DNA of 64,000 nt, taken from positions 3,286,001-3,350,000 of the forward strand of contig CDRNST010000010.1 of the NCBI GenBank assembly GCA_977016875.1, in the 5' to 3' direction. The position numbers were made by a program, and so were the translations under genes. The stretch comes from Pavona decussata. Its lineage: Eukaryota. Positions 49,213 through 62,524 of this stretch are shown here, one piece after another; the first letter of the stretch is position 1, and the number at the start of each line of letters is the position of its first letter. The notes beneath the pieces are model-generated. The model was not told the origin of the DNA. It made no database searches and was given only the letters and a program-made list of their open reading frames with translations.

Positions 49213-51142
49213 ACAGTACGGGGAATACGGATAAACCGTATTAACTTCAAATCGCTCCTAACACTTTGTCTGGTAACTTTAAAAACATTTTTCGTTTGCG
49301 CTGTAAATGCTTTCTTCGTCAGTTTCGAGGGAGATATTAAGGGGGGGGGGGGGGGGTAGCATAGTGGATCCAAATTGACAATTGCGAAATTTCAATAACT
49401 TTGGTAACATGATCTTACAAAACTTCAAAGAATAATAAGCCATCAGGAGAAAACAAAGTTTATTCTGCTTCTTTCTCGTTTTTGATACTTCAGGTTTTTA
49501 AAAAGAATTTATTGAAGACCAAAAAGAATCCCCTGTAATGCAGCTTTATCAGCCAATAGTAAAGCCAGGGTTCGTAATTACTTTTCAGTTTAAGCGTGAC
49601 CTAACTTTCAGGTTGATCGAGAAATCGATCGATCGGGGATATTTGTGTACATGCTTAGCCTCATAAGTATACATTAGCGTGAACGAAACAAATAGCTTCA
49701 AATAAATGGTTTCCATAAATTGAAAGAACGCGGCAAATTTAGTATTTTCAAAAAATTTGGGCGAGGTATGTCAGTCAGATAGTTTTTGAGGAGGAACGTT
49801 AAAACTGTCAAGAGTAAACCTTATTCGGTTGATTTTTCTGTGGCTACAAAATGGATTTGAATGGAATTAATGCTGTCCCAACAGAAATGGCCACAAGTAT
49901 TTAAGGATTACATGAGTATCCTTATATATCCTTAATGTAGTATGAAGGTTTCTTAACTTAATCCAATTTTATTGCATATCTTCGAGGTTATATGAAAAAA
50001 AAATCAGATTCTGTCAAAAGGATTTAGACTAATAACGAAAACAAAAACGTTTGTGAAGAATAACCGGACTACATGAATTCAGAGAAGAATGAGTGAACGG
50101 GCGGGAACAAAAGTACCCAATGAACTGGCCGTATTCGGAGTATAGTGCCAGAAAAGAAAGAAAATGCCATTCGTCGTGTTTCTACCAAAGCTTGGTTCAC
50201 ACTTGTGAGATGAGCACTCGTAAGCATAAGACCAGGTTAAGAAAAATCACAGATAAACCAGTGTTAGATAAGCAAGAGCACAAGCATGCATAAGAAATTG
50301 ATATTTCTTTTTTTCTGGTGCTGTGCATGTGTGTTTTTATGACTGACAAGCTTGCATTTCCTTCCTAAGTGTGTCCGAACTGGTGTACAATGAGCAGAAG
50401 AACTCAGCAAAACTGCGCCTGAGCATTTCGCCTTGAGCGTGAGAATGGGAATGCACTTGTGCATGTGAACCAGGACTAGCGCTGTTCGCTATAATACAAA
50501 TAATATAGTTTTCATTTAAATTTATTTTTGTTTCTCTTGGGGATTCTGCTGGATTCCAACGTTGAAGAATGTTATGCTTATCCAACTGTAGAAATTGCAA
50601 AGTTAAGATTGACATGAGTAGTTTTTAGCTTTATTAACGTGTCAATAAAATATCTAGCAGGGGTTAAGCTCGCAGCTAATAGGGGAAACCTAACTAAGCG
50701 TCACTAAGAATCTAAAATATACAATGTGATAAAATATATAAATGCGATGTACTATGTCCCCCTTTTCTGGAAACAATACGAACGCTCAGAGTATAAGTTT
50801 TCTGTCAAGCAACAAGGATTTTTAGCTTCATTCATTTCTAGTCACAGATAAGGTACTTCAGGGAAGAACAAAGATAATAAATTGTACTATTAAAGATGAG
50901 CGAAACGTTAAATGGTTAAAGAGATGTTTATTGTTGAACCTTAAAAAAGACCCTGTAGATAAGCCTGCCGTTTATTCTAAACGCTTGCGAGAAAAGCTGA
51001 GCCATACTTAAGAAATAGCCCAGCCTCAGTTATACCCTTCATATAAAAAAGCTTACTGGCAATACTATGACAACTATAAGCACCCACATACAATAATGCT
51101 TCTAGTCAGATCCAAATTAAACTGTTCGTTTTTTCTTCTTTG

Positions 51143-53047
51143 CTACTGGGAACGAGGGACTTCTTCAATAATCAAACGAGACACCGAATTCCAGCCTATA
51201 TCACCATCAGAGTTTCCATATCCAGGACAGTTTCCAATGTTGATACCCACACGGATTTTCCCTTTGTGAATGTTGTCACAGTAGCCCTCTATTGCCCCCG
51301 GCCTGTGGTTGTCTTGACTACTACTTCTGATCCACAATACTGCGTCAATAGGCATTGGACCGCTGCACTCGGCGCCATTGAAAGTAATGAACCATCGCTT
51401 GCAGCAGTTGCCGCAACTACTCAAGCGGATGTTGCCTTGAAAAACAACGCGAAGAGCTGTGTCGTCCCTGTGTTTAGTGAACTGGCAATCCTATAACAAC
51501 AGAAACAACATGAAAAACAACAGTAATTTTTCATTAAGTCGCTTTGCAATTTTTCTAATTCAATTGGCAAGGCTCTTTTCACTGGGAACACTTTGTAACA
51601 GTAAGCAATATCGCGGAGTTATATTTGCAAGTATAGGATATTTGATGTATAAGAAAGAAGACACTAATGTATGCCGGGAATATTCCAATAATACAAGTAC
51701 CTCCAATTTGCAACACGTTCTCGTGCTGTTTGTTGCCAAGGCACTGAATGAAGACAAGTCTCACCTTTATCAGGCCAATGTCCCGACCGTCATGTTTTTT
51801 CCATGCACATTGCTTCCAGTTCTTTTGAACAGTGTTTTTACCGCTCGCTCCAGTCTCTCCCTTGCCACCACGTGGTCCAGGGGAACCTGCCACGCCCTTG
51901 TCTCCTTTAGTACCATCTCGGCCTACTTCTCCCTTAAAACCACGTGGCCCAGGGGGACCTGCCACGCCCTGTTGTCCTTTGGCCCCATCACGTCCGTCGT
52001 GACCTGGTAACCCGTTATGTCCGTTCACACCATTATTCCCAGGAAGGCCGGGTGATCCTTGCGGGCAGATGTTAGGGTTCTGTGTGATACAAACTCAATA
52101 AAATCAAAAATTACTTGCCAAAAATTAGCGTGAACTTTGAAAGAGAATTAACAATGTAGTCCTCCTTTTTCTCTTTTGACCAAGGACGGATTTAGTTGAA
52201 TATAAGGTCAGATTAATGTAGTATAATCTCGCGCGTATAATAACCACTCGTCAATGCTGTTCCTGGGGTACGGTGTGTGTGGGGTGGGAGTTAAACGTCT
52301 AATGCCAGGTTTAAGAAAATGAACATCAACCCTACACCCTCCTCCACTCCAATCGCTACAACCCTCAGAAGAACAAAACAAACGAACAAAACTTTTTAAA
52401 GACTGAAGTTTACGTAGGTCTGGTTCAAGTAATCTTCATTCTGCTTTTTATCTGATTGGATAAATTTGAAGTCAAAAACATTAGGAAGCAACTCGTACAG
52501 AGAAGAAAAATTTTCAATTGATTGAAATAAACAAAATTTTAAAAAATTCAGTTTTATTGTGAACGGAACATTAGCAACTTAGCTCTTGGCTGTTGGGAAT
52601 GACTGTACTGACAGGAATTTCTACAAACAACGTTTTTAAGTTAATTTAATTTAATTTTAAGTTAATTACAAATGGCAACATGCTGTCAAAATATTAAGAC
52701 CGAATTTCCTCCTTTTTGAAAGCAAGAACAAAAGAGTGATAACTCTTTTAAAGTAAAGTTTTATGTTTCATGAGAACATTTTACTTGTACAAACGTTCCA
52801 AATTATGCAGCGTTTTTCATTTTCGCATAACACCGTCAACGTCGTTAAAACATTACAATTCAAAACGTTATCAAAGTATTGCATACAAGGTAGATTGTAC
52901 TACAGGATTACGACTACAAAATCCAAGCTAGTTTTGGATAAATCTTACCTTGGTATTGGAAGACACATTTTTGGCATCATAAACAGCACAGTGTAACAAC
53001 ATCACCAGGAAAAATAAAAACACAGCAACGGAGATTGCTCCTTTCAT
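51143..53047 (-). CDS. CTHRC1-like copy D (intact, 253 aa)
   Basis: Exons 53047-52949, 52079-51765 and 51490-51143 (99+315+348 nt). Confidence 0.9.
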
Positions 53048-54739
53048 ATCGCAATAGACACACGCGTTAGAATAAGAACCAAAATAGCTTTACACATATA
53101 CGATAGTCAAAGGTTATGATTTCAGAACGCTCGAAAACAAGAATAAAATAAAAGCGCCTGAATTAATTTCTGCGAGATTTTTCGAGTTTGTAAAGCAAGC
53201 GTGAGATGCTGTCGATCTGCCACGTTTCATTGCTGATCTGTAGCAAGTCAGCCACGCAAGGTGACGCGGCTAACTTGTAAAATTTAGCGAAAGTTATATT
53301 TTGTTTGCTTTTTCCACTGGTTTTAGCAATCAGACAAAAAATTTATAGAAATTGAATGCAATAAAGACATTTCCTTGGCTGTACTTCGCTGTGAGAAAAA
53401 AAAATCGCTATAGATAACGCGCAAAGAGAGTTCCTACCCTGGTGATGTTTTGTTCTTGCTTCAAATACGTGAAGGAAGCAAATTCTTTTGTACCTTAGGT
53501 CAAACATGGTTTCCTAGCGCGTTACCAAGATTGCCAACAGCTATCAAAAGTAATGCTGTTAATAGTCAGTTGGAGTGGTGAAATATTCGCCGTGCCATGC
53601 AGAGATCATTACAGTGAAGTCTTTTGTTCAAGATTTCTTCATTCAAGATAGTAATATTGAGAAGTTACTTGAAAGACGAAGGACTCATGACCCTCAACAA
53701 CCGCCGACAAACAGCTTTACCTTTTTAATCCGAAGTTTACTGAGGTCAGATATGTACTGTCCACAAATTTCTCTGTCACTTTGTCGCCGTATTATTAATT
53801 GTTTCGTTCTAGGAAATAAAGAGCCTTCTTACATTATTCTTTTTTTAATAGAAAAACATTGAAAAAATTTTGAATTGCTATATTTGTAGAATATTTCAAT
53901 CTGTTTCAAATTTTCCACTGACAAAATTTGTGGCAGAAGCCAGACCCTCAACTCTCGGAATTGGTGTCGTACTGGTGTATAAACCAAGATATCTACTCGC
54001 TAATCGATTTGCTGGTATTTCCCTGGTAGGTGAGAGGAAGAAATGTTTTTGTGACGACGCAGAAAAGCAAAACAGTCATTTCTTACTCTCTTCTTTTCTA
54101 GCAAGTCTCGATATGTTTTACGACATTAATTAAGTACCTTCACTTAGCAACAGATGGTCTGAAACAATAGATCAGGGTTTCAGAGCTGTGAGCATTCTTT
54201 CAAGCCGAGGACGTCTGACGTAGTTTAGATCTAAGTTAATAGAATAAAGGTCATTGCATGCTTGTTCCCTTAGTATGCGAGGTTTGACCTAATTTGTTTG
54301 GTTGATTCATTATGAAGCCCACCTGAGATTGAAAGTCCAACTTAAACGAACCCTTCAGAAGTGCCCAACGATGAAAAGTGAAGCAGGACAACGTTTTACG
54401 GAGACAGGTGTTATTTTCCCAATTTCCTAGTTGCTGGCCTTATTTCGTATTTAAATCGAAAGAACAAGATTCCATTTTCCAGTGTTTTCAAAATTGGGGC
54501 GACATTTCGGTAAAGAAAGCTTTCGGTTTTCAATACTTGGTTATTCGAATTACACGGAAGTGGTCCAGTAATGCCGGTATTCTGAAAAGATATTCGTCCA
54601 TCGAAGCGAACTGTTGAGGACATCTGGCCCTTTCACGCCAATTGGCCGCCATTATTAATTGGCCCGAATGATCTAATGCTTGTTCGGAAATGTGGTGAAC
54701 AATAATACCCGTACAAATTGATTTTTGAGATATTGAATC

Positions 54740-57070
54740 TCAGAGAACTGAGTGTGCTTGGCACAAGATTTTCCCAATGAAATATAAGTAGATTTGGTGG
54801 AAAGTGGGCACTCACGTTTCCATACGTTCGTATGTAGAACCTACAAGAAAATCTGTAGATAACTAAATATGGAGGAATTCAAAGTTGATTATGTGACTCG
54901 CATCGCATCAGCTTCAGAAATAATGATTCAGTATCCATTGTTTGCCACAATTCAGTGGCGAAGGGCCCACAAAGGGCTTAACGATTGGATGTGGGTGTGT
55001 TATCGATCGTAGATAATTCGAACCGAATGAACCTTTGTTTTTCAAAAATTTACGTCAATTGACCAACAGTATTAACTGACGGGCTATCTTTTCAAACCTT
55101 GAGCCGCGCTTAAGTTATCCGATTTAAGTAAATAATAGAATATTTGTTTTATCAAACTGCATTGAAGAGCGAACTGCGTCATAGGAAAGTACGGCTCATA
55201 ATCTTTGGGTTGTTAGAATTTCAGCGCCAGACTTTTCATAATTGGTAAAATATTCGTAATTAGAGGACAAGTTTTCATGTTTAAATTTCAGTACAGCATA
55301 ACGAGCAACGCCATGTACGAAAAAATACTCAGCTCAATAGTTTTATTTAGTTAAGTGGTCAGATAATTTAATGGCATATGTTATTTCCTTCGATTAATAA
55401 AAATCAGAAATTCGCCAGCTCTGGTATGCTCTATTGATTGAGTAGCCAAGCGAAAATACATGAATCAATTTAGCAATTCTTTGTAAGGAAAATTCAAGTT
55501 GCAGAACGTTGTAGGTAACGGGGTATAATTTTCCCAAATTTGGGAGCTGCTGTCCGAATTTGAAAATGCTAGATGCAGCAAGTCACAAAAACATTAAGTT
55601 TTCCAGTGCTTGGACGGTCAGTTGAGACGACAAATCGCTAAGAAAAGCTTTATTCTTTAAACACAGTTTTATCCAGAATTTATAGAAGTGGTTCAGTAAT
55701 GCCTTCTGAAGAGATGTTCCATCGAGACCAACTATTGGGTGCATCCGGCCTTTTCACGCGAATTGGCCGCCATTTTTAATTGGAGCAAAATTGGCCCAAT
55801 TAATACAATGTTCAATGTTTGCTTGAAAATGTCATGGCTGATAATTCCCGTACAAATTGATCTTGGACATAGCAGAGAACTGAGGGTACTTGGCACAAGA
55901 TTTTGCTGATAAGATTTGCGAAGTGTAGGTTTGGTGGAAAGTGGGCAATCGCGTGTCCCGCCGGCCGGGACACGCGATTTGAAGACAACTATAGATGGAA
56001 AAATTCAACGTTGATTATTTGACCAGCATAACATGAACTTCAAATAATGATTCCTGTGGAAATTATTCCCGTAAAAATCCGCATCACTTGTTTGTCCCAA
56101 TTGAACAAAATGGCGGCCAATTCACGGAAAAGAGCCTATTGTGATGTATTGGTGTTTACAGTATTCGTCGATGTTTTGTCGATTTTAGATAATTCAAACT
56201 GACAGAATCGTTGTTTTTCACAAACGCTAAGTCAACTGGTTAGCATTTACAGCCGAAGGTTGTCCTGTTTAAATCCTGAGGAGCGCTCAAAGTAAACCGA
56301 GTTAAAAAAAATAATAGAATACTCGTTTTAACAAATGCATACAAAAGCGAACTGCATCATAGAGAAGTAAGCTCATAATGTTTGGGATATGAAAATTTCA
56401 TCGCGAGTACTTTACAACTGGGACGAATTTGTAAGTGAAAGAGAGTGACGATTACACGTTTACATTAGCGAGAAACGGCATCTACGGAAATATAGTGCTC
56501 AGTAGTTTTATTTAGTTAAGTGGTCAGATAATTTAATAGCATATATTAGTTCCTTCGAATGGTAAGAATCGGAAATTCACCAGCATTGATATGCTGTATT
56601 GATTGAGTAGCGAAAAGAAAATACATGAAGCAATTTAGCAATTCTTTGAAGAAAAATACAAGTGGCAGACATTTTAGGGAGCCGCCGTTGGCTTTCCGAA
56701 TTCGAAAATGCTACATGGCTTCAAGCGATTTTAGATAATTCGAACTGACAGAATCTTTGTTTTTCAAAAACTTTAAGTCAACTGATTACCAATTTGAGCT
56801 GATGGGTGATCTGTCAAAACCCCGAGGAGCGCAAAATAGGAAAGTAAGGCTCGTAATCTTTGGATTGTGAGAATTTCATCGCGATACTCTTCACCATTGG
56901 GACGAATTTGTAATAACAATACAAGTATCCAGGTTTAAACTTCAGTACCGCAAAGCGAGCAACGCCATGCACGAAAAAATACTGCTTAATAGTTCTATTT
57001 AGTTAAGTTGTCAGATAATTTAATACAATATATGTGTTCCTTCGAAAAGTAAGAATCGGAAATTCATCAG
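54740..57070. repeat. Tandem amplification (~2.5x) of the same upstream module
   Basis: Copies start at ~54.75, ~55.88 and (partial) ~56.72 kb. Confidence 0.7.
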
Positions 57071-57995
57071 AACGAAATACATGAATGAATTGAACAATTT
57101 CATTCAAATTTACTTCAGTTCTGTTCAGCAGAGGAGACCATATATAATATTCTGTCCCAAAATTATTGGCTTATAACTACGCTTTACTTTAATCTTACCT
57201 TGGCAGCAGCGGGAAAATGCCATCAAAACACACACCAAGCAGAGTCTGAAGATACGAGTAGACAATATGTGGAGAATTGTTACGGTGAAATAAAAAACAA
57301 GTCTTCCTTTCGTTGCAAAGCGGAAGAGAGTTCTGAGATTGAATTAGCGGGAACAAAACCGACGTGTTTGAATAAATTAATTCTGCGAACTTTTTCTTGT
57401 TTGCAAATTCAAAGGCTTCTGCTCTGTGTTTGTGACATTTTGTCTGATGTCTCCCCGCTGTATATTGAAATCAAGAGAGGAAAATAAACGGAAAACATTG
57501 TCCATGAAACATCTGTAAATTTCAATCTTTGAAAATGAAGCGAAAAATTTGGATCTGCATTTATTCTGAAAATAGATTATTTAAGCTCCGTTCTGACCTT
57601 TCTGTGAGTAAACGTCAAGTTGTCAGTTGGAGGAAATTGAAAGATATATATGAATAAACATAAACTATTTAACAACTGACAAATAGTGTAAAAGAAATGT
57701 TTTATTAGTGAGCACCTTTTAATCCATAATTCAAGCGAGAAGCGGTTTTGTTGTGATGAAGAGGGAACGGAATGGGACAAAAAGGCTGCTGGCCGCTCGA
57801 TTGCCGACGCAAATTTCCCTTTCGTAAACGGTCGTTGCCATTTGAAACGGTCGATGCCATTTCTCACAACGGTCATTGCCATTGAAAACGGTTGATACCA
57901 TTTCGAAAACTAGCCGAGCAGACGACAGCCCTCGTGAATAGCTCGTACGCGGTTGGCACGCTCGGACGTCACTTCCGGGCAGTGTTGTAATCAAG

Positions 57996-59280
57996 ATGGT
58001 GGAGCAATCCACGTGCGCGAGAGTTGAGCCAGCTGAACCAGAAGCAACCCATTCTTCTTGTGCAGAAACAAAACAAAAATCAATTAAGAAGCCAACGGGG
58101 TGGAACTCCTTTATGCAGTCAGTTGCGGTGAGTTTGTTTTGTATTTCCCGAAATATTCAATCATTTTCAGCCTGGATAAAGTGCTTGTTCATCCTTTACA
58201 TCCGATTAAATATCAGTGAAAAATAAACCGCATGTAAAATTTTCGTTTATGTCATTAACAAATATGTTATCTTTAAGTGTTGCACTTATATTCGTTATTC
58301 TTGTGGGCCTTGAAGTTACATTCGATATAAGCTGATATAGTTTCCTCGTTCGTTGTTTCATTCCCCAGCCAGATGTCAAGGAACAACTTGGAAAGGGGGC
58401 AGGAATCGGGCAGGTTTCCAAAGTGGTTGGCAATATGTGGAAGAAATTGCCGACAGACAGACGAAAGGTTAGTTATAAACTTCTAACATTGCGAGTGTTT
58501 GTGTATTAACCCTGCCCCATTTCAGTGGACTGCTATGTGGTTTACATGGCTAACTTTGTAAGGACCGAGAGTGTAAATGTTCTCGTCAAACCTTCAAATT
58601 AAAAGTATTTTAGGTTATGAGCGTTGATCTTGAATCAAGCTGGGACCTCAAGCTGAATGTCAATTTTGTAATATAATGTTCAGACTTGTTATTTTTCCAG
58701 AAAGAACTGTAAAATATACCTAGGGCATGGCCCATTATAATGTACCAATTAATTTACCCTAAATTTTAATTAGAAATAACTTACATGTGGCGGATCCAGG
58801 TTTTGAGGAAAGGGGGGAGGGGGGAGGGGGGGTGGGGGCAAGGGGGTATTATCCTCAAAAAATTATGATAGAGGGTGAAAAAAAACTGTCTTTGCAGTCT
58901 AGTTTATATAAAAATAGGGGGGATCATAAATACACGATTGTTCCCTAATATATTCACCCTTTTAAAATATCATGCTATGATATTCATAGGACTGGAAAGA
59001 TAAGGCACAGAGCTTGAGGGAAGACCTTGATATGGGAATAGCAGAGATAAAAACATGTCCAACCTGCAGCACCCAGTTCACAAGGGAGAAGGACTTTAAA
59101 TACCACCAGGAAGGTTGTCATGAGTGCATTTGCGAGGAATAAAATGAATCGTTTGACCATGAGCAAAAGCAAAAAAGGCATAAAGACAAGAAACATAAAG
59201 ACAGCTACAAGTGTGATCATTGTCAAAAGACTTTTGCTGAGAAACGAAATCTTATAAGACACCAAAAGTCACATGTTTAG
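57996..59280 (+). pseudogene. MULE-borne spliced HMG-box plus three zinc-finger gene with one nonsense codon
   Basis: Exons 57996-58127, 58369-58467 and 58990-59280 (phase 0) give KKPTGWNSFMQSVA|PDVKEQL..IGQVSKVVGNMWKKLPTDRRK|DWKDKAQSLRE then CPTC..H..C, CEE*..RH..H and CDHC..RHQKSH; TAA at 59140-59142. Confidence 0.75.
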
Positions 59281-59378
59281 TTAACCTATCCTACATTTAG
59301 TGATTTTAATTGGAGATGGTTTGAAAGGACTATTGGATCAATCTATAATACATAATTGTTTTTGTTTTTAAATTATTA

Positions 59379-59380
<2 letters not shown>

Positions 59381-59416
<36 letters not shown>

Positions 59417-59424
59417 ATTATTAT
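59381..59424. repeat. (ATT)n microsatellite
   Basis: About 12-14 units, slightly imperfect. Confidence 0.85.
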
Positions 59425-59699
59425 CGATTTTTGAAATTAATTGTGGTCATTGCAGCACATGTACGTCATGTTACTGTTCAAACCAAATTTTAAATCATTA
59501 CAAATGTTGTGTTAGACTTTAACAGGAAAAATGAATTAAAACTTATTTACAATGTCCAAACCTCAATCTTTTTAATAACCTTGTTGTTCAGGGACAGATC
59601 AAAGGAGAGAAGTTTTTAATCTAGGCAATTTGCCTTGAGTGAATTTCCCTCTATGTTACACATTATGCGAACATTCCATTGTTTATTCACTAAGATTTC

Positions 59700-62524
59700 T
59701 CTGTTTTCCTATTTTTTCCTTTGCATGTGCTTGGTCTTGGATTTCATAGTATGGGATCCAGACTTCTTACTACTTTTAGTGTTTGTTTGTACTGCTTTAG
59801 CCAAGTCATGGCTGTGCTTCCTCTTGGAGGTGGGTTCTTGAGATTGTACTGGTCGGCCCTTTGATACAACCTGACGGCTTCCACTACCACACTTTCGTTT
59901 TCTGTTGGGCTGTACTCAGATCTATTTTCCATTTCCGGTTTTTTTCACCTCACTGGACCCAAAAGTAAAAAGAGCGCTTGCCAAATTAGAATGCATAGAT
60001 CTAGCAGCGGTTAAGGATGTTACCCTTTTTGCGAACCTGATTACACCTTTAGCCAAATTAAGGTCTCTTGAGCTTTGGAGCTTTTGAATTATTTGTTCAC
60101 AAGAGTTTCTCAACAATTGTTCAGCATTTGCAATGGAATCATCCTCATCATCATCATTGCTCTGTATTGGTTCAGCAGTGCAGCAGTTTGGCCCTTGTTG
60201 TGCTGTTTCCACACTAGTGGATGCCTCTGTTACAAAAACATTAGAACCATCAGTTTGTGATGTTTGTCCAGCATCACTAGAGCGTAATGGCTTATAACAA
60301 GCAACAGGAATTGTCTTTCCTATTGCTAGCCAGGCCAATTTTTGTTTTTCAATCTGTAATATATACATTCTAGACCTTCAACTGGTTGATCCACTAAGAT
60401 ATTAATGGAAATATTCCTAACAGCAGAGTAAGGGCTTGCTCTTACTCTGCTATAAAAAACTCAATAACCTGCCAAGAAGGGAAATTACTAAAGGTACCCC
60501 ACCCCCTGGACAATATATTACTCTTGTTTTGGTCTTCCTTATGCTAAATCAACATCCTTGAAATGCAGCATATGGATGAACTGCAGGAATTATCTCATAT
60601 GTTATGCATGTTATGTCCCAATGTTCTATGTATTTTTGCCCCAAAGGGGAGGAGCCTAGAAACACTGCCCCCTCCCCCCCTCCTTCCCCTATCAAGATAA
60701 TTTGAATCAGACGATGGGGAGAAAGATAGGAAAATAATGCCCACCCACACATGCCCTCTTGTACCACCAGAGCGTTATGCTATTGTGACGGCAAAGAAAA
60801 AACACTACTGACCTGTGACTGCTCTCTGAAGAGCTTCCAACTTTGAATACATTATTGCCAAAGTTCTCTACAGTTGAGATGTAGGCATCAAGATCTTTTT
60901 TATCTGGGACTTTAAACCCTGTGCTTCCGTCTTTCCCTTTCCCAAAGAATCGATGTCTGTACACGCCATCAAAACTCCCATCAGCAATACTAAGGAGCTT
61001 ATTCTTGTAGTGATCTTCTAGATAAATAGTCAGGTTGTCTAGAAGCCCAACAACATTGTACTCTTTGGTGCGCTCCAGAATTACATCCTTAAGAACCAAA
61101 AACTGAGCCTCGGCAAAATTGTTGGTGTGGTTCCCTCTAACAGGCAGTTCAGTTCTAAAGCATAGAGCAAACGATTCTTTGTCATTGTATAGATTTTGCA
61201 AGTAGCTGACTAGATTTGGGTATTTCTTGCAACGGCCATCATTCAAAAGTTCACTGAAGTAGTTCTCAAAATCTTGTTTTGTCTCGGCATAAAGGGTGAG
61301 AAAATAGGGTCTATCTGCTTGGCTGATACTGTTCTTGCTCTCGTGAAGCCATCTCCAAAGTTGTTGGAGCATGTGGAAGATGCAAAGAAGTAAAACAGAT
61401 GTTAGCCAAACAGACTTCAGAGCATTTCTTTCCTCTTTACACAGTTGTCTGTTAGGATGACTTGAGGGCCTTGTTCCCGACCTGTTTAAGTGTACGCTCC
61501 TGCTCATCACTGGTGATCAAGATGCCAAGTGGAAGTGCTCCAGATACATTGTTTGTGCACATTAAAAACACTTTAAGATTGTGCTCTTCTGTATTAGAAG
61601 TAGCATCAACAAAAACCATCTCACCAGACTGCTGCACTTCCTTGTGTACACGGGTCATGAGAGGCGTTACAATAGTAATTATAAGAGGCGTATCATCACC
61701 TTCATACATCTGGTAACAAGCAGTAGCTTCAGGGTTGTCTTTCTTGTACTGTTGAAGCCTTTCGGAAAGTCTTTCAAACATCATAACGCCCTGTCTACCA
61801 TACCTATCCTTACCAAATTGCGTGTAGAGGTAACTAAAGTCCCTTTTTCTCGGCATAACTGCCCGATTGGCCTTTTTCCTGTGAAATTCCGATTCATCCT
61901 GACATGATTCTTTGAGTTCTTTTAAGCACTGTCGCCTTGCGGTTGCTGGTGTATGCCCACTTTCAAACAACTTCAAAACCCTTTTTGTGCACTCAGAAGA
62001 AAGGTCACAGAAATTAGAGGCCTCCAGAGTTTCAAGTGAATGGTTGTGTTCCCACTCTATGTCCACAGAACAACATCCCTCGCTGTCTATTTTGACTATC
62101 ATCTGAAAGGGGCAATTGGTGTTCTTTACTCTGGCAGATGGGTTCAAGTACAATTTCTGCTGTGGATCTTTACTTGGACTCCAGTTGCGAGTGTTGTGTT
62201 GGCATCTATAGTAGTTTTGCAACACATAGCCGCTTGTTGGTACCTTCTTTGTCTTTCACTTCACTGAGATGCTGTTTATCGCTTCATATTCGGATATCCA
62301 CTGCTCCAGGTTTTCTTTCGTTATATCTTCAGTCAAAAAGTGCACTTTGAACTTTTCTCCATTTCCTGAAATTGGCTTCAGGTAGTAAAATGAATCATCT
62401 GGCAGCGAAGCCAGAAACCTCTCCTTTGTAATTTCGGTCGATTCAAAAGATTTACTTTTCGATTCGACTTCTTTATAGCTGAAGATATTAGATCTTTGAG
62501 AAAATTGTCGGGTTTGTCCGCCAT
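59700..62524 (-). pseudogene. Decayed MULE transposase
   Basis: YYRCQH..CPFQM..HNH, VFVDAT...GALPLGILITSDE, (frameshifted) ILTDNC..ERNAL, LCIFHMLQQLWRWL and RGNHTNNFAEAQF motifs spread over several frames. Confidence 0.85.

Noticed and set aside
57800-57810. 11-bp TSD (ATTGCCGACGC) for the MULE
   Set aside because: Would make the TIRs asymmetric; a 9-bp TSD with GC...GC termini fits both ends and the empty site
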